Shown here in pieces: positions 35,344-47,720 of a DNA stretch of 64,000 nt. Source of the DNA: Diadema antillarum (lineage: Eukaryota); contig NW_027270960.1 of assembly GCF_040938485.1 (NCBI RefSeq), positions 1,984,001-2,048,000 of the forward strand. The letters run 5' to 3'. Numbering within the stretch: the stretch's first letter is position 1; each line of letters starts with the position of its first letter. The notes beneath the pieces were generated by a model. The model did not search any database. It saw only the letters and a program-made list of their open reading frames with translations, and was not told the origin of the DNA. Made by a program: the position numbers and the translations under genes.

Positions 35344-37779
35344 AGATTGTCATTAATTTTTTATAAGATTTCATAACCAAAATCTGTTGTTACAATTTCT
35401 AGTAATTTTGTTCTATGTTTTGTTTTGTTTTTTCTTTTGTCATGGATGGGGAGAAGCTGTGCACAAGGAGTCTTAGTAAACATTATGCACTGTGATTTAA
35501 CTCTAAAAATATGCTCCTGAGTGAATCTAAATGGATTAGAATTGATGTTGAATCTCCCTAGGCATTGCAGCAGCAAAATTGAATAAAACGATGCATTGTG
35601 GATTTAGTCTTTGTAATGTCGTTGAACGACAAACCCGAAAACAATTTCTCCCTACGTATGATTGCTTTGCCCAGTTGTTACTGTTTTTCTGTTTTTTCTG
35701 AGCATAAACCAGATTTATGCTTGTGAATGCAATACTTCAATTTTTCAGTGGGGAAAAACCTGCAATTCTTTCCGACATGAATGCTGATAGTACAGAAGAT
35801 GTTAATCGTTGTGATGAGTAGATGAAGGGAGGGTGGGGCTGGAGTAGCAGATGTGCCTGGTGTGCAGCGATTCATACTTAACCATGGACATTCTTTTTAG
35901 ATGTCCATTCTGCTAAGACAATTAAACCAAAGAGCAAGTCATGCAGATTTGAATTAGGACATTGGAAAGTCAAAAGTAGGGGGGAAAATGATGAAGAATT
36001 ATCATCTCATGTTGAAATGAATGCTTCTTCATCTTCTGGATAAATGAGAACCAAGGGAAATTTCTTTAAAGAAATGTAGGATTTTTATAAATTTTCAATT
36101 TTTAGTATTTTCTTTGAAGAACTTCTTGAACTGTATTGTAATAGCTATCTTATTCTTTCTCCAGACCCAATATAGAGAGGGGTTGTACAGTGTACATGTG
36201 GACTTTAGAACGCTTGGTGAGATGCTTGGAAGAGATAGAAACAGCTAGGGAAGGTAAAGAAAGAAAATGATATTCCCAAAAAAGTTTATGTCTTAGGGAA
36301 GTTGATATTGTGGGGAAAAAAAGGAGTTATCATAATTGTTACAAGAATTGTTAAGCAGATAGATTTGATATGAAAATATACTAGAGTACATCAAAATCAT
36401 TGGAGAAATGTAAGAGGTACAGGTATGCAGGGTAACATGAGATATAGAAGTTTGTGGGATCTGCCAGGAGAATAGATGCTAGTAGGGTAAAAGACAGTGA
36501 ATAGTTTGTAGATAAACGTGAAGGATAGACATGATATGATAGGAGGAGATGGGGGGGGGGGGGGGAGAAAGGGATAGAGCGGTAGGTATAGAGGGGGAGA
36601 GAGTGAGTGAGGTCAAGTTGGTATTCCACACATTCCTGTGGATTCTTCCAGGTGTGCTGTGGGGAGAAAACAATCGCGACCCTTGACCCCTGCCTCCTGC
36701 GCTCTGTTATCTGATGCCAATTTGCAGAGCAGCGTGACCCGGGCGACTGCGAGCATCTCGTCGCCCCAATATTTCTTGTGTGGCAATTTGCTTACCCCGT
36801 ATGCGTGGGGGTTTGTATGTCTCCAGTGTTGTGTTTAGTAGATCAGGTACAAATGTATGATAGTGATATAGCCAATCACATTTTGTGATCATGAAGACAT
36901 TAGTATTAATTTTTCATACATTGATTATTGGTATTGGTATGTCACTGGGATTTCTTATTCCTAGCTACACATCATAACATGGTCAAATTCTCCACAGTTT
37001 TTTAGGGGTTGTGGACTGTTCTCTCTACAATGCCAATGGGCCAGAAAATGCATTCCACCTCAATCAAAAACTGATTTGAATTATATAGTCATTGTATTGA
37101 CATGACAATCTATGCAAAAATGTCGTCCTGACACCTTGCAACTTTACCCTCTGCAACCAGTATGGGCCAACATTTAAGCTGTCGTACCAAGTTGGTCATC
37201 TGCTCATTCCAGTGCATTCGGATGCAACTGTTGATTGTACATTAACCATTATCAACCAGTACATCATGTTAAGGTCACTCAATTAATAGCCAGTTGTGAT
37301 TCTCTTCTATGCTTTAAATGTTACATGGTGTATCAATGATTCCTTGATATTCCACTATGTTTATAGAGTTACATGATACATACTCATATTAACATAGCCT
37401 TCAGTGATGTGGCTGCATGTGGTATAGCTATTATTTTACTCATAATATATGAAACATTGGCAAAAAAAAAATCTCAGTTTTTGTAGTGGGAGGCTATAAA
37501 CCTCATAAAGGAAGGTGATGACATTAGAGCATCATACATGTACTCTTCAGTAAAAAGCATTGAGTGAGATTTGATCATTCACGAGAAAATTTATGCCCTG
37601 AATGCGTGCATCATTTTGCCATATGCAGACAGCTCACACATACAGCCGTTACGCTGATGGAATGTTAACTTTCTTGCTAAAGATTCTTCTCTGGTTAGTG
37701 TGGAAGGCAAAGAGAATATTTGAATTTATATCCCTCATGTAAAGCTTCTTGCCATAGGATTGTACAGAGCACGAACATG

Positions 37780-38400
37780 GTGTAGTTTTACTAGCTAGCT
37801 ACGAGCAGCTGGATGCGGTGCAATTGGTTACTAGCCAGCGGGATATAGTACTTTTGGGAATCCACGATCTGCACCCAATCGTGATTGTGTGATCGATATC
37901 TACATTTCCCACTTAAGAATGTACGCAGTGCGCGTAGTAGCGATACTTTTGAGCGACAGTCCTGTGCGTGGCTTGTAGCTAGCGCTAGCAGCGCTTTGGA
38001 ATTGCGCGACGGCATTACAGAAATCTGTGGTGCAATGGCGTGTGTGTGTGTGTATTCGTTAGTGTGATCAATGCAGTTCAGCTCATTATTGACAAAGTGA
38101 CTGCGCTTCAAGTAACAGAGGAATGATTGCAGCAGAAGGACACCATATCAGATCAGGTACGAATTAGGAATAAACTAAAAGCGAGTTTGAAGATGATGTG
38201 GGTAACCAAGGCGCTTTAGACCTACTTCTAACGTAGTCCTGAACCTCCTCGATCTTTCGGAGTTTTGCACGCTATAGTGTAGCTCGTGTGTAGGAACCAA
38301 CGGTGTCGTTCGCTACGCGCTGCACGCACTGCTGCTGCACTGCTACGGCCTAACGTTAGATTTAACGTCAGGAAACCTGCACATTTTTCCAAAAGGGAAC
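37780..38400. promoter_or_regulatory. CpG island-like segment, candidate promoter/enhancer
   Basis: Roughly 35-40 CpG in 600 bp by eye versus <1 per 100 bp in sampled flanks; contains GGCCTAACGTTAG. Confidence 0.35.
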
Positions 38401-38460
38401 CATCATCACTCTAGTAAAATGCTCGAGAGGGATATAAAACAAATATGGACAGCTTGGGCC

Positions 38461-38570
38461 ATGGTAAAACTATTTGACCTCGGTGATTTCTCAACAGTGC
38501 CATGTCCCTCGACTTCGTCTCGGGACATAGCACTGTTGAGAAATCACCTCGGTGCAAATAGTTTTACCAT
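38461..38570. repeat. 110-bp foldback (hairpin MITE-like)
   Basis: ATGGTAAAACTATTTG ... CAAATAGTTTTACCAT with ~48-bp arms, 4 differences, 13-nt loop. Confidence 0.85.
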
Positions 38571-41500
38571 CTCCCTCTGCAGCAGTCGATATTTGTATAA
38601 TATTCCTGGAGGTAAGTTACTTTCTCAGCAGTAGATAATCCATCTGAATGTTAAATTATAGTTATAAAAGATTTCTTTTGGAATCATGGAGAATTTGTTT
38701 GTTTTTTCTGAGAAAGTGTTCATTGTATTAGGACACTGTATGCTCAAAGCATATGCACAGTTACACTTTTTGTACATACAAGCAGTAGCATAGTCTCATG
38801 ACCTATACAGCTCTTTGCTTTGGAAGCTATGATAAATGACTCATTGACATTAAAATGACCGTAGCTTATTCATTGATTGATTTTGCCCAGAGTTTCATCG
38901 ATCTTTTTCTTTCATTCTCTTACTTGTAATATAAAAACTACTTTTTCCCCCAGCAGATAAACTCGTTTCTAATGGAGATTTCTGCCCCAAAGGTCCGGGA
39001 GTCTGAGGGTTCACTGAACACTATCTTATCAGGCTGAAGTCCTGCATTAGTTTCATGGTCCCTGTTAGAATCTTATTAAACTTCAGCCATTTGTGTCAAA
39101 TCCTTGTGAAACATTCTGTCTGTCACTTTGCTTGCTTCAACCGAGTCCGTACCGCATGCCATCTATGACATTATTTCACTTTTCAGTGTTGTCATTTGGG
39201 CGTTGACTGGTGTCAGCACTGGCATCACTCCCTTTAATATTTGTTAAGGCCATCACTACCCTCATTCATCGGGATGGGATGTCAGCCTGTGTATAAATTT
39301 TCACAACAGTCTCTCCGAGACCAGCTTGCATCCCCACTCCCCCATACTCCCACATAATCAAAGAGCTTGTCATCCCCCCCACCCCCCATCTCCTGGCTAT
39401 TTTCTTTCACCCATCTTACCTGAACATTCCTTGACATGTGTGTTAGGCCAATATCACACCTCAATCAGTGATATGTATGTCTCTGCTATCAGCATTTAGT
39501 TGTTTTTCCCATGTGTGATTGTCAAGTCTATCTCTTTCACCTACAACAAAATGGGTGTTTGATAACATGTTGTCCATTGTTCAGCAGTGCCAAGGGGACT
39601 TCAAACAAAGATAATCACTTCCTTCAGACTTTTAAAAGGGACTGTTTTATAACCTTCAAGATGCAATAAGCTTGGTAGGATGTTATGAAGTCGAAATCAT
39701 GTTGCAACATGGAGGAGTGTGACATCTGCTTTGTGAAATATTTAGATTTGCTACACAATATGATGAGAGTTGCAGCATGCTCATCACCCCTACTGGTATA
39801 TGTGCCATGGAAAAAAAAATGTTTTGTCTGTTCACTTGTTTATACTTGCTCACATGAGTCAAATGGTGGATTTTGACCAAAGTTGTCTGGAATCCTGAAG
39901 GGGGGGGGGGGGGGGGGGGCATATATTTCCTGTTTCATGATCATCGTAGTATTTACCCAACTTAATCTACTTCTACTGCAATGTTTGCAACTGTGTTGCT
40001 TGTATTCTATTGCTCTAACTAGAAAGTAAAAAGATGACAAAATCAAAAAAAAAAAATCTCCACATGGTATTTGGCCCAATTCAGAAAGCTACACTTACAA
40101 CCAAATGAACAACATTCAAGATTTGTCAATCCTATAACCTATTTCTGTGTGCTATGTCCAATCAGTGTTTGTTGTCACTGCCGGCTCCCACACTGTCACG
40201 CATCCCTGCCACTGTGCTGAGTCCCTGCCACCTCCTTCCTACCGGTCTCAAGTCACCAGCGGTGTAAATTGCACCCTCCATTCTAGTCTTGAGAATCGAC
40301 CCCCTGTGGTGCACCACCCAGTTCACCTGTTCCCTCTCCCAAGTGTAAGGCAGTAAATTTCATTCCCCATTCAGTGTGATCGTAAGTCACCGTTTGGTCC
40401 TCCCTATGACATTCAATTTCGATAGCTGTTCTTATGACATCTGGGGTCCCCTCTCTTGGGTAGAGGGAGGAGATGGGGGGGGGGGGGGAGGGAGGAGAAT
40501 GTATCCTATCATCTCAGAGGAGAGTGATTTAGGAGTTGCAATACTCCAAGCTGGATGGGGTTGCCATAGCAACGGATATCAGCAGGAAGTGAGTGTTCGC
40601 ACGAAGTTGCAAAGCTTTGTGCGCTTGAGGGAGCCGTTCACATCATCCCCTTTTTTGGACAGCCTCCGCTGAGAGTGGTGCTGCCCTACGCCCTCGCAGG
40701 CTGGGTTGGTGTCGATAGTTTCTAAATCCATCCAGCAATGGAAATGTGATTGTAAAGAAAAATATGAAAATAAAAACTTTCCTTCGTAAAGATGATATGA
40801 CAAAAGCTGGTAAAAAAAGTGGATGTGAGCAACATTCTCCTCTAAGAATTACACTAAAATTGACTGAATGTGTGAATATGTTGTCGGTGTTTAAAGATGT
40901 CAATAAACCAGCAAGTGTCAAAAGTTGGCATGGTAATCTGACTCCCACATAAAAAGTTATGCTTATCTTCTATCATGCACTTGAAGACAGGGTCTTAAAC
41001 CATTTCAAACTTCAAACTGGCATTGAGAAGTACCTGTGTGTTTTGCTTTGGAAAATGTCTTGGGTATGTTGTCATTTATACGATGCATCGTAATTCATGT
41101 GCAGATGTTAGAGGTCAATCTCTTCTTGTTTAGTGTCATCATTCCTTGTTCGGAGATTCACATATTTATATAATACTCTTGCACATTGTTTGACAGTGAT
41201 AGCCTGGTATCTGCACCCCCGACTTGATTGATTTATTTTTATTTTTTCAAAGTGGCAGTACTTTTGCCCCTGTGTAAGATGAAGACTTACTTCTATAGTC
41301 AAATTGGAAGTGATAGCAACATTGAAGAAATCTACTTGTAGACACTTGAAATGTATCTCATGGAAACCATCTTTTGTCAAGACACGGATGATATTTAATT
41401 GATTTCCTGACACTCAAAGCATTGTAAATATCCTTTGGTTGTTTTCTTTCTAAATATGAAAAATACATCACATAAAAATAATCATAAGCCTACAGTCAGA

Positions 41501-44500
41501 AATCTTTTGTAGAAGTTGACATTACACAGTGCGCTTCTTTGCTACTGTTTACATCCAATGAATACTTCCCTCTTTGCCATTTTGATGATTTGCTGTTTAT
41601 AAAGTGCTGCATATGCTATGACCAGTGACACCTATTTAAACAATGTAGTGCAAGCAAAGACAAGCAAACATAGAGACGATGTAATCAATTCAGAATTGAA
41701 ACAAAGAGAAATTACACAATACGCTCACTTTACAGGAAGACTAAAGGACAGCAATCTGTAGAGGACAGTATCAGGTGAAAATCCATAAAATTTGTGTATT
41801 TCCTCCAAAGTTTACTGACATATCAGAGTATCTATATCCCGGTAAGTGAAAGAGTAGAATGTCAGGAATGCTGCAGTCTCTGAAACCAGACTTTTATTGA
41901 AAACATTTCAGAAGGCAGACAATATTGTTGAGAACAAAATGGTATTGAAGGAATGTTACTCTTGTATAGTTTTACTGTCTGTTTAAATGTTTCTCAACAT
42001 TGGATAGGGATTTTTTTTTAAGGGAAATAATACCAAGAAAGAGAATTAAAAATAAAGCTAACAATATTTTGCAATCATACTGATGTCATGTCAGATCGAG
42101 GAATGTGTCCATTTATCCCTTTTTTTCTCACTCAAACTAGACAGCAGTTTGAAAAAAACTTGGAGCTCTGCTCTTCTGGCACTATAGTTTCATCTACCAC
42201 TTGGCCTGTGCACATACCCGCACAGGTGCCTGTAAAAATGCATATCAGGTGCCCCCCAGAAAAATTTTCCTGTGAGTAACGCCCTTATGGCTCTCAGTTG
42301 ACACCAAGGCAAAATTCTCACCACAGTGAAGACAGGGTTAGCCCCGAGTGCACAGCCACTGATGGGTGTGATCATGTGCCCATGGATTTCAAGTGTCTCC
42401 TTGAGGCTGTGTCTATTTCACGCCCAGAGAACCTGATTTTCTTCTATCCCCACATAGGGCAGGTGCAATACATGCAGATTAAATGTGTTTCCTCCCAACT
42501 TCCAGCTACTGCAACAGTCAAAATTAAAAAATAAAAAAAGGAGAAAGGGAAAAAGAAGGGGGGGGGGCGAGGAGAAGAAAAAGGAAGGAAAAAACTGATA
42601 CCGATTTCCTTTGCTCTGCGAAAGAAGATTGAGTTTTCAGCTTCAGCAGTTGTGGCAGTCATAGGGGAGGTACTTGTGCTCTCCAGGACCGTAATGAAAC
42701 TGACAAAGAATTGATTTAGAGTGGATTGAGCCAGGCTGAAATGAGAGGATACTTTCCTCACATATGATTACTGCGAGTTCATTCTGCCGTACATCACTGT
42801 ATGTGAAGGTGTTAGGAGAAACACAGGGAAAAGTTTTAGGAGGGATAGTGTCAGAGATGAAAGAATGAGAAATAAATAGAAACAGGCCTTCGAGATTGAT
42901 AGATGGAGAGACTCTGGCAAACTACCAGACGATAGGTTTACACAAATAGGGGGGAGGGAGTCCTGAAGTTTTAAGTGTGGCATCAACGTTACCATTTGTA
43001 AAGGGTTCTTTTGGACCTAAGAGTTTGGATGGAGGTGGAAGCAGAAATGTGAGGTACAACACCTCAAGAACCAGAAGATCCCATAGGCCACAGACCTCAA
43101 CCTTCCCTTCCTGTATATTCAAGTGGCTAGATAGGTTTTCCATCATTACCGTTTGAAACAAATCGCCAGTGGGAGCTGGATGTAGCAGTGTGTGAACTGG
43201 GGAAATTATTGTATATCGGTGGTAAAGGCTTTATAAGAGGCATGTCAACTTCTGAAATGAGACATGAAATCGTCCTACAAAGTATGGTAATGAAATAGCA
43301 GCTCTACGCAAAGAATGTATGAAATAGTGTGACTGCAAAGCAAACCAGAGAGGATTATGTTACATGAAACAAGTCAAACAGAGGTAAAAACCCGACACAA
43401 GCAAACACGTCGATATCATCAAGCACAACCATTTTCAAAAACAAAAGATCAAATGTTTGGCTGACAAACAATTTGTTATAGACATAAAAGTGTCAAATCT
43501 AAGGGTACATGAAAATGAGAACATGCCAAAGAGAAAATGTCGTCACACAGAATGGCAGATTGGTATTAACATCATTTTAAAAAAAGAGAGAGAAAATATT
43601 GTTAAACTAATAAAGAAAAACACACATTTCTGTGGTTACATGCTGTAACTTCTCATCATGGTAGGTTGGATATTTGGTAGAATAGTAACTTTCCTGTTCG
43701 TTAGGATAGATATTTCCCTCTTATGTGAGCATTTAAAAAATATATATATTTTTGTAGTTTGGTTGCATACTGTTTGTTTCAGTTGAAGAATTATCACAAG
43801 CCACTAAGTTGCTAATTTTGAAAGTGATCCTTATATTGGTATTGAATGGGAGAATATTCCAGCGTTTCTGTCTCAAAAAACAAGCAAGCAAACTTCAGTT
43901 TTGTTAATTCTGATGAAACGTGCAACTTCAATCCATTTTTTTTTTCTCTGATATATTTTCATTTCATTTTGTTTATCTGCGATATCCAAAAGTATGCAGA
44001 ATTATTGCAACAAATTTATGGTAATGTATGGTGTGCAACACACACTCAGTGTTGCCAATTTGATGAAGAGAAGAAGATAACCTGTGCAGCTAAATTACCT
44101 CAGGGCTTGATGGGTTAAGCTATCAATAGATACCCCACCCCCACAGATGTGAGTTTACCTACAATTATGATTGCATGACAGAATTTTGATGGACCACATT
44201 ATCAAATGTTTGCATATTCATGTCAAACTCTACAAGGAAACAAAATGCCATCTAGAAGAGCTGTACAAGACATACTGAAGTTCATGAATGAAATCAGAAA
44301 AAGTGGAAAGAAAGATATTAACATGTCTATGAAGCTATACACTACAATGTAACCTTGCATATTTAGCCATGGACAAAGGAGCCATTGTGTGCTGAAATAC
44401 AATAGTGTATGCCGTATATTGCCTATCTGCATAAAATGTAATCCCAACTGAGCGCAATATCCATGTTGTATTGTGACTTCATTTCTCAAATGGAGGAAGC

Positions 44501-45811
44501 ATAAAGGAGAAAGATAACAGACTGTTGCTTACTCAAGTTTCACAATGACCTATAATCACTGTGTATGGCTGGAAGCCTCGCGGAACACGAGACAGAAATG
44601 CTCATTTAGCCGCCTCCGCTCTGCGCAGGTAAAACAAGTCGTTTAATTGCAGATTGGCATTATAGAGAGAGCAGAAATGGAAGGAGGAAAAAAAAAAGAA
44701 AGAAACTGCCCTAGAAATGATAAATGTCTTTTCAAGTATTCCAACCAAGAAATGACCCACTTTTTCCCAAAGAGAATGGCTTTTTCCTCTTCTTCTCTTT
44801 TTTTTCTGTCTTCTAATTTTCATTGAATTAAGTCATCACACTGGAAAAAAAAAAAAGAAGTAATGGTTGAGATCCATATCAGCAAAATTGATGTGGCTTT
44901 TGTGGATGCAAATTGGGTGAAAGAGGAGGATGCGTTCACACTGATGAGATTCTGTGAAGAACCTCCTCCACATTAGTCACTTAGTTCCCAGTTGCAGATG
45001 TGCACAGAGATACAGATCTCAGTTGATTCATAGGGATTAGCAGTTTGTGTTATATGTTTGACTACCAAATAGACACAGTTCATTCCAACTATCATTTTTC
45101 TAATGGCAATCTTTAAGGATATTTTTTTTTTTTTTTGCGATTGTGCTCAGTGTTGATAGGTAATAAAAAAAAAAATAGACTAATAATGAAGTGATAATAA
45201 TGTAAATGGCAATGGTGAGGACATCTTAAATACTTTAAGCATGTGTACAACCATACCCGTGTAAACATATGATGTGCCCTTGTTTACATGAGTAGCAGTA
45301 GTCATAATTTTGACTTTACCTGATTTTTCATTTTAATGAGCATATTCGCAATATCTTGCACTCAAGTGTACTCTTTCTCTTGATATGAATGAAAACACTT
45401 CAACCTTTTGTGTGCCTTTTGAGTGTCAATTGGGAAAGAAACCCCCTTAGCATTGTATGCTGTGTTCAAAGTCCATGGCTCAGAAAGGGTTTTAAACATA
45501 ATATCCATCCTAGGTAGTAGGCTTGGTGATAGAAGGTCAACACAAAACATTGACAATTGTTGGTTACTTTCCACTTTGTAGCTTGAAGCAATTTCATAAT
45601 CCATTTTGATGTTTGTTAACACAAAGTGTTTGTGTAGAATTGCAAGATCTTTTGATAATTCTACCTGTAAAAAAACAGCCCTTGTATGTATATATGCTGG
45701 GTTCATGTCATGGAAGAAGTAGGAACTGAATGCATGGATCATTAATGTTGTCAGATGATGTTTTTGTCGGATATTTTGGATGTGAAAGGAACCTCAAACT
45801 GATGGGATTTC

Positions 45812-46298
45812 GGCTGCATTTATCTAAAAATTTTCTGAGGCAGAATCACGATCCTAAACGCGTTTTGAGGCATTTCCAGGGGTCAGATAAACGCAACCGT
45901 GTTTTCAAACGCGTTTAGAAACGCCGTTTTGAAACGCCTTTCAAAGGGGGGTTTGAAACGCATTTGAGACCACGATCGCCGTTCCGTGAGTAGATAAACG
46001 CAATGCCGTTTTGAAGCGCGTTTATATCTCAAGGTCAAATCCCAGCTGTTTCCGGTTGTGCTCTCTACCCATTATTTGTGTGTGACTGATGAGGCATGTT
46101 TGGTGGTATGCAGTTGACCTTTACTTCCCGTGTCAAACTGCGCAGAGCAGCTGCGCAGTGACACCACTCGAATCGCGATTGTATGATGGTTAGATAAACG
46201 CGGCACCCTGAGAATCGCGTTTCAAACCACGTTTGCAAACACCGTTCCAAACGCGTTTTGAAACGTGATTCTCTCTCTTAAGTGAGATAAACGCAGCC
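45812..46298. mobile_element. PIF/Harbinger-like MITE
   Basis: GGCTGCATTTATCT vs reverse complement of right end GGCTGCGTTTATCT; flanks TTC/TTA; internal AGATAAACGC x4 and AAACGCG repeats. Confidence 0.75.
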
Positions 46299-47349
46299 TT
46301 AGAGTGCGAACAATCAGAAGGTGAGGTGTGGTCATAGAGGATAGTCAGTCAGGTGGGTCCAGTGCAGAGTGACCACTAAGCTCCTTGTGAAAGAACTATG
46401 GTTGATATTCAGCTGTAGGATTGCACAGAGAAATGGTGAGGTGCTTGACTTGTGGAACTGTCTAACTATTCCATTGTTCATTTAGCCACATATTCTTGTC
46501 CAGCCATCTATCTTTGTCAAGGTTAAGATGTTACAGAGTGTTAATCCACTGATTGCCTCACTTTGATCCTCTATAATGGTATTGTCTGTCTGCAAAATGG
46601 TAGTCCCCACATTTTCAGCATCCAAGTTTGTGAGAAAACAGCAATTAGAAAGAAAAGGGAAGAAATCAATTGTGTGAGTTGTGGAATAATTCATAATTTG
46701 GTAGCAGAGAAGAAGGTGTTGTCTTTGTGATCTGGCTGCTGTCAGTCAAATTTGATAATGTCTGTTTCAACTGATGTGTGTGGCTGGTCCTCACGTGCTT
46801 GGTCTAAGTGAACTTTGCTGGACTTTTTTGTCTCACGATTGTGAATAATGCATGAAACATTTTTAGTTCATCTTAGCCAATTTCCCGTTTCCGGAATTCT
46901 TACCGCTTGATCTCACCTGAAGGGTGAGAAAAGATCGCTGCAATTTGCATCGAAAGAAGGAGAGACAGGGGGAGAGTAAATGCATGCAAGTCACGATATA
47001 TATGCTGCCACAATCGTTACAAAAGGCACAAGGACTAGAGAAAGTACATTAACTGCTTGTGCAGGGCACTGACATTGGTAGTCATCAAAAGAACAGTAAT
47101 GGGCAGAAGGAGAGAGCGGGGAAAGTGAAGAAAGGGAATAGAGACGATGAAAAGGTCGAGGGAAGAAGAATAGAAAATAGCTGCATTTCATGTTGCATTC
47201 GACCATGTGCCTCATGAAGAGACATGCTCTGTATAGCAGTGGGTAAGAACTGAATGCATGCATTAGGACTGCGCTGCTAGCTAGCTATGCCAAGGTGCAG
47301 TGACTGTTGTTTGTGACATTTGCTCACAGAGGTGAATGCTCTGGCAAAT

Positions 47350-47720
47350 TTGTCTCCCCTAGAAGTCATTCATGTGCGATTTCGTGAGCGTTTCCCTCCA
47401 GACGAGGAATAGAGATTGTGCGATCACGTGTAAGTACGTTAAAACATTTTCTTCTTACTTTTCTATTGCCCTTCCCTTTCCATGTTGGAGAGCTTTTGTT
47501 GGTGGCAGGCAGTGGTCATATGCATACTCCTATTAACTGAATAATGGTAGTTTCTATAACTGTGTTTCGAGCTTAAATATGTACATGTTTGCATCCACTC
47601 GCGAGCTCGTGGCTCTCTCGCGGAACGTGATTGATGCGCGGCAAATACGATTGCTATGATGTGCGCCAAATGTGGCGTGAATGGAGGGTTTGGCTTTTTT
47701 CCCCCTCCTTCGCTGTTCTC
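47350..47720. promoter_or_regulatory. CpG-rich promoter-like segment
   Basis: High CpG; CTCGCGAG at 47598-47605 plus TCTCGCGG nearby; + strand donor-like GTAAGT at 47430. Confidence 0.3.
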
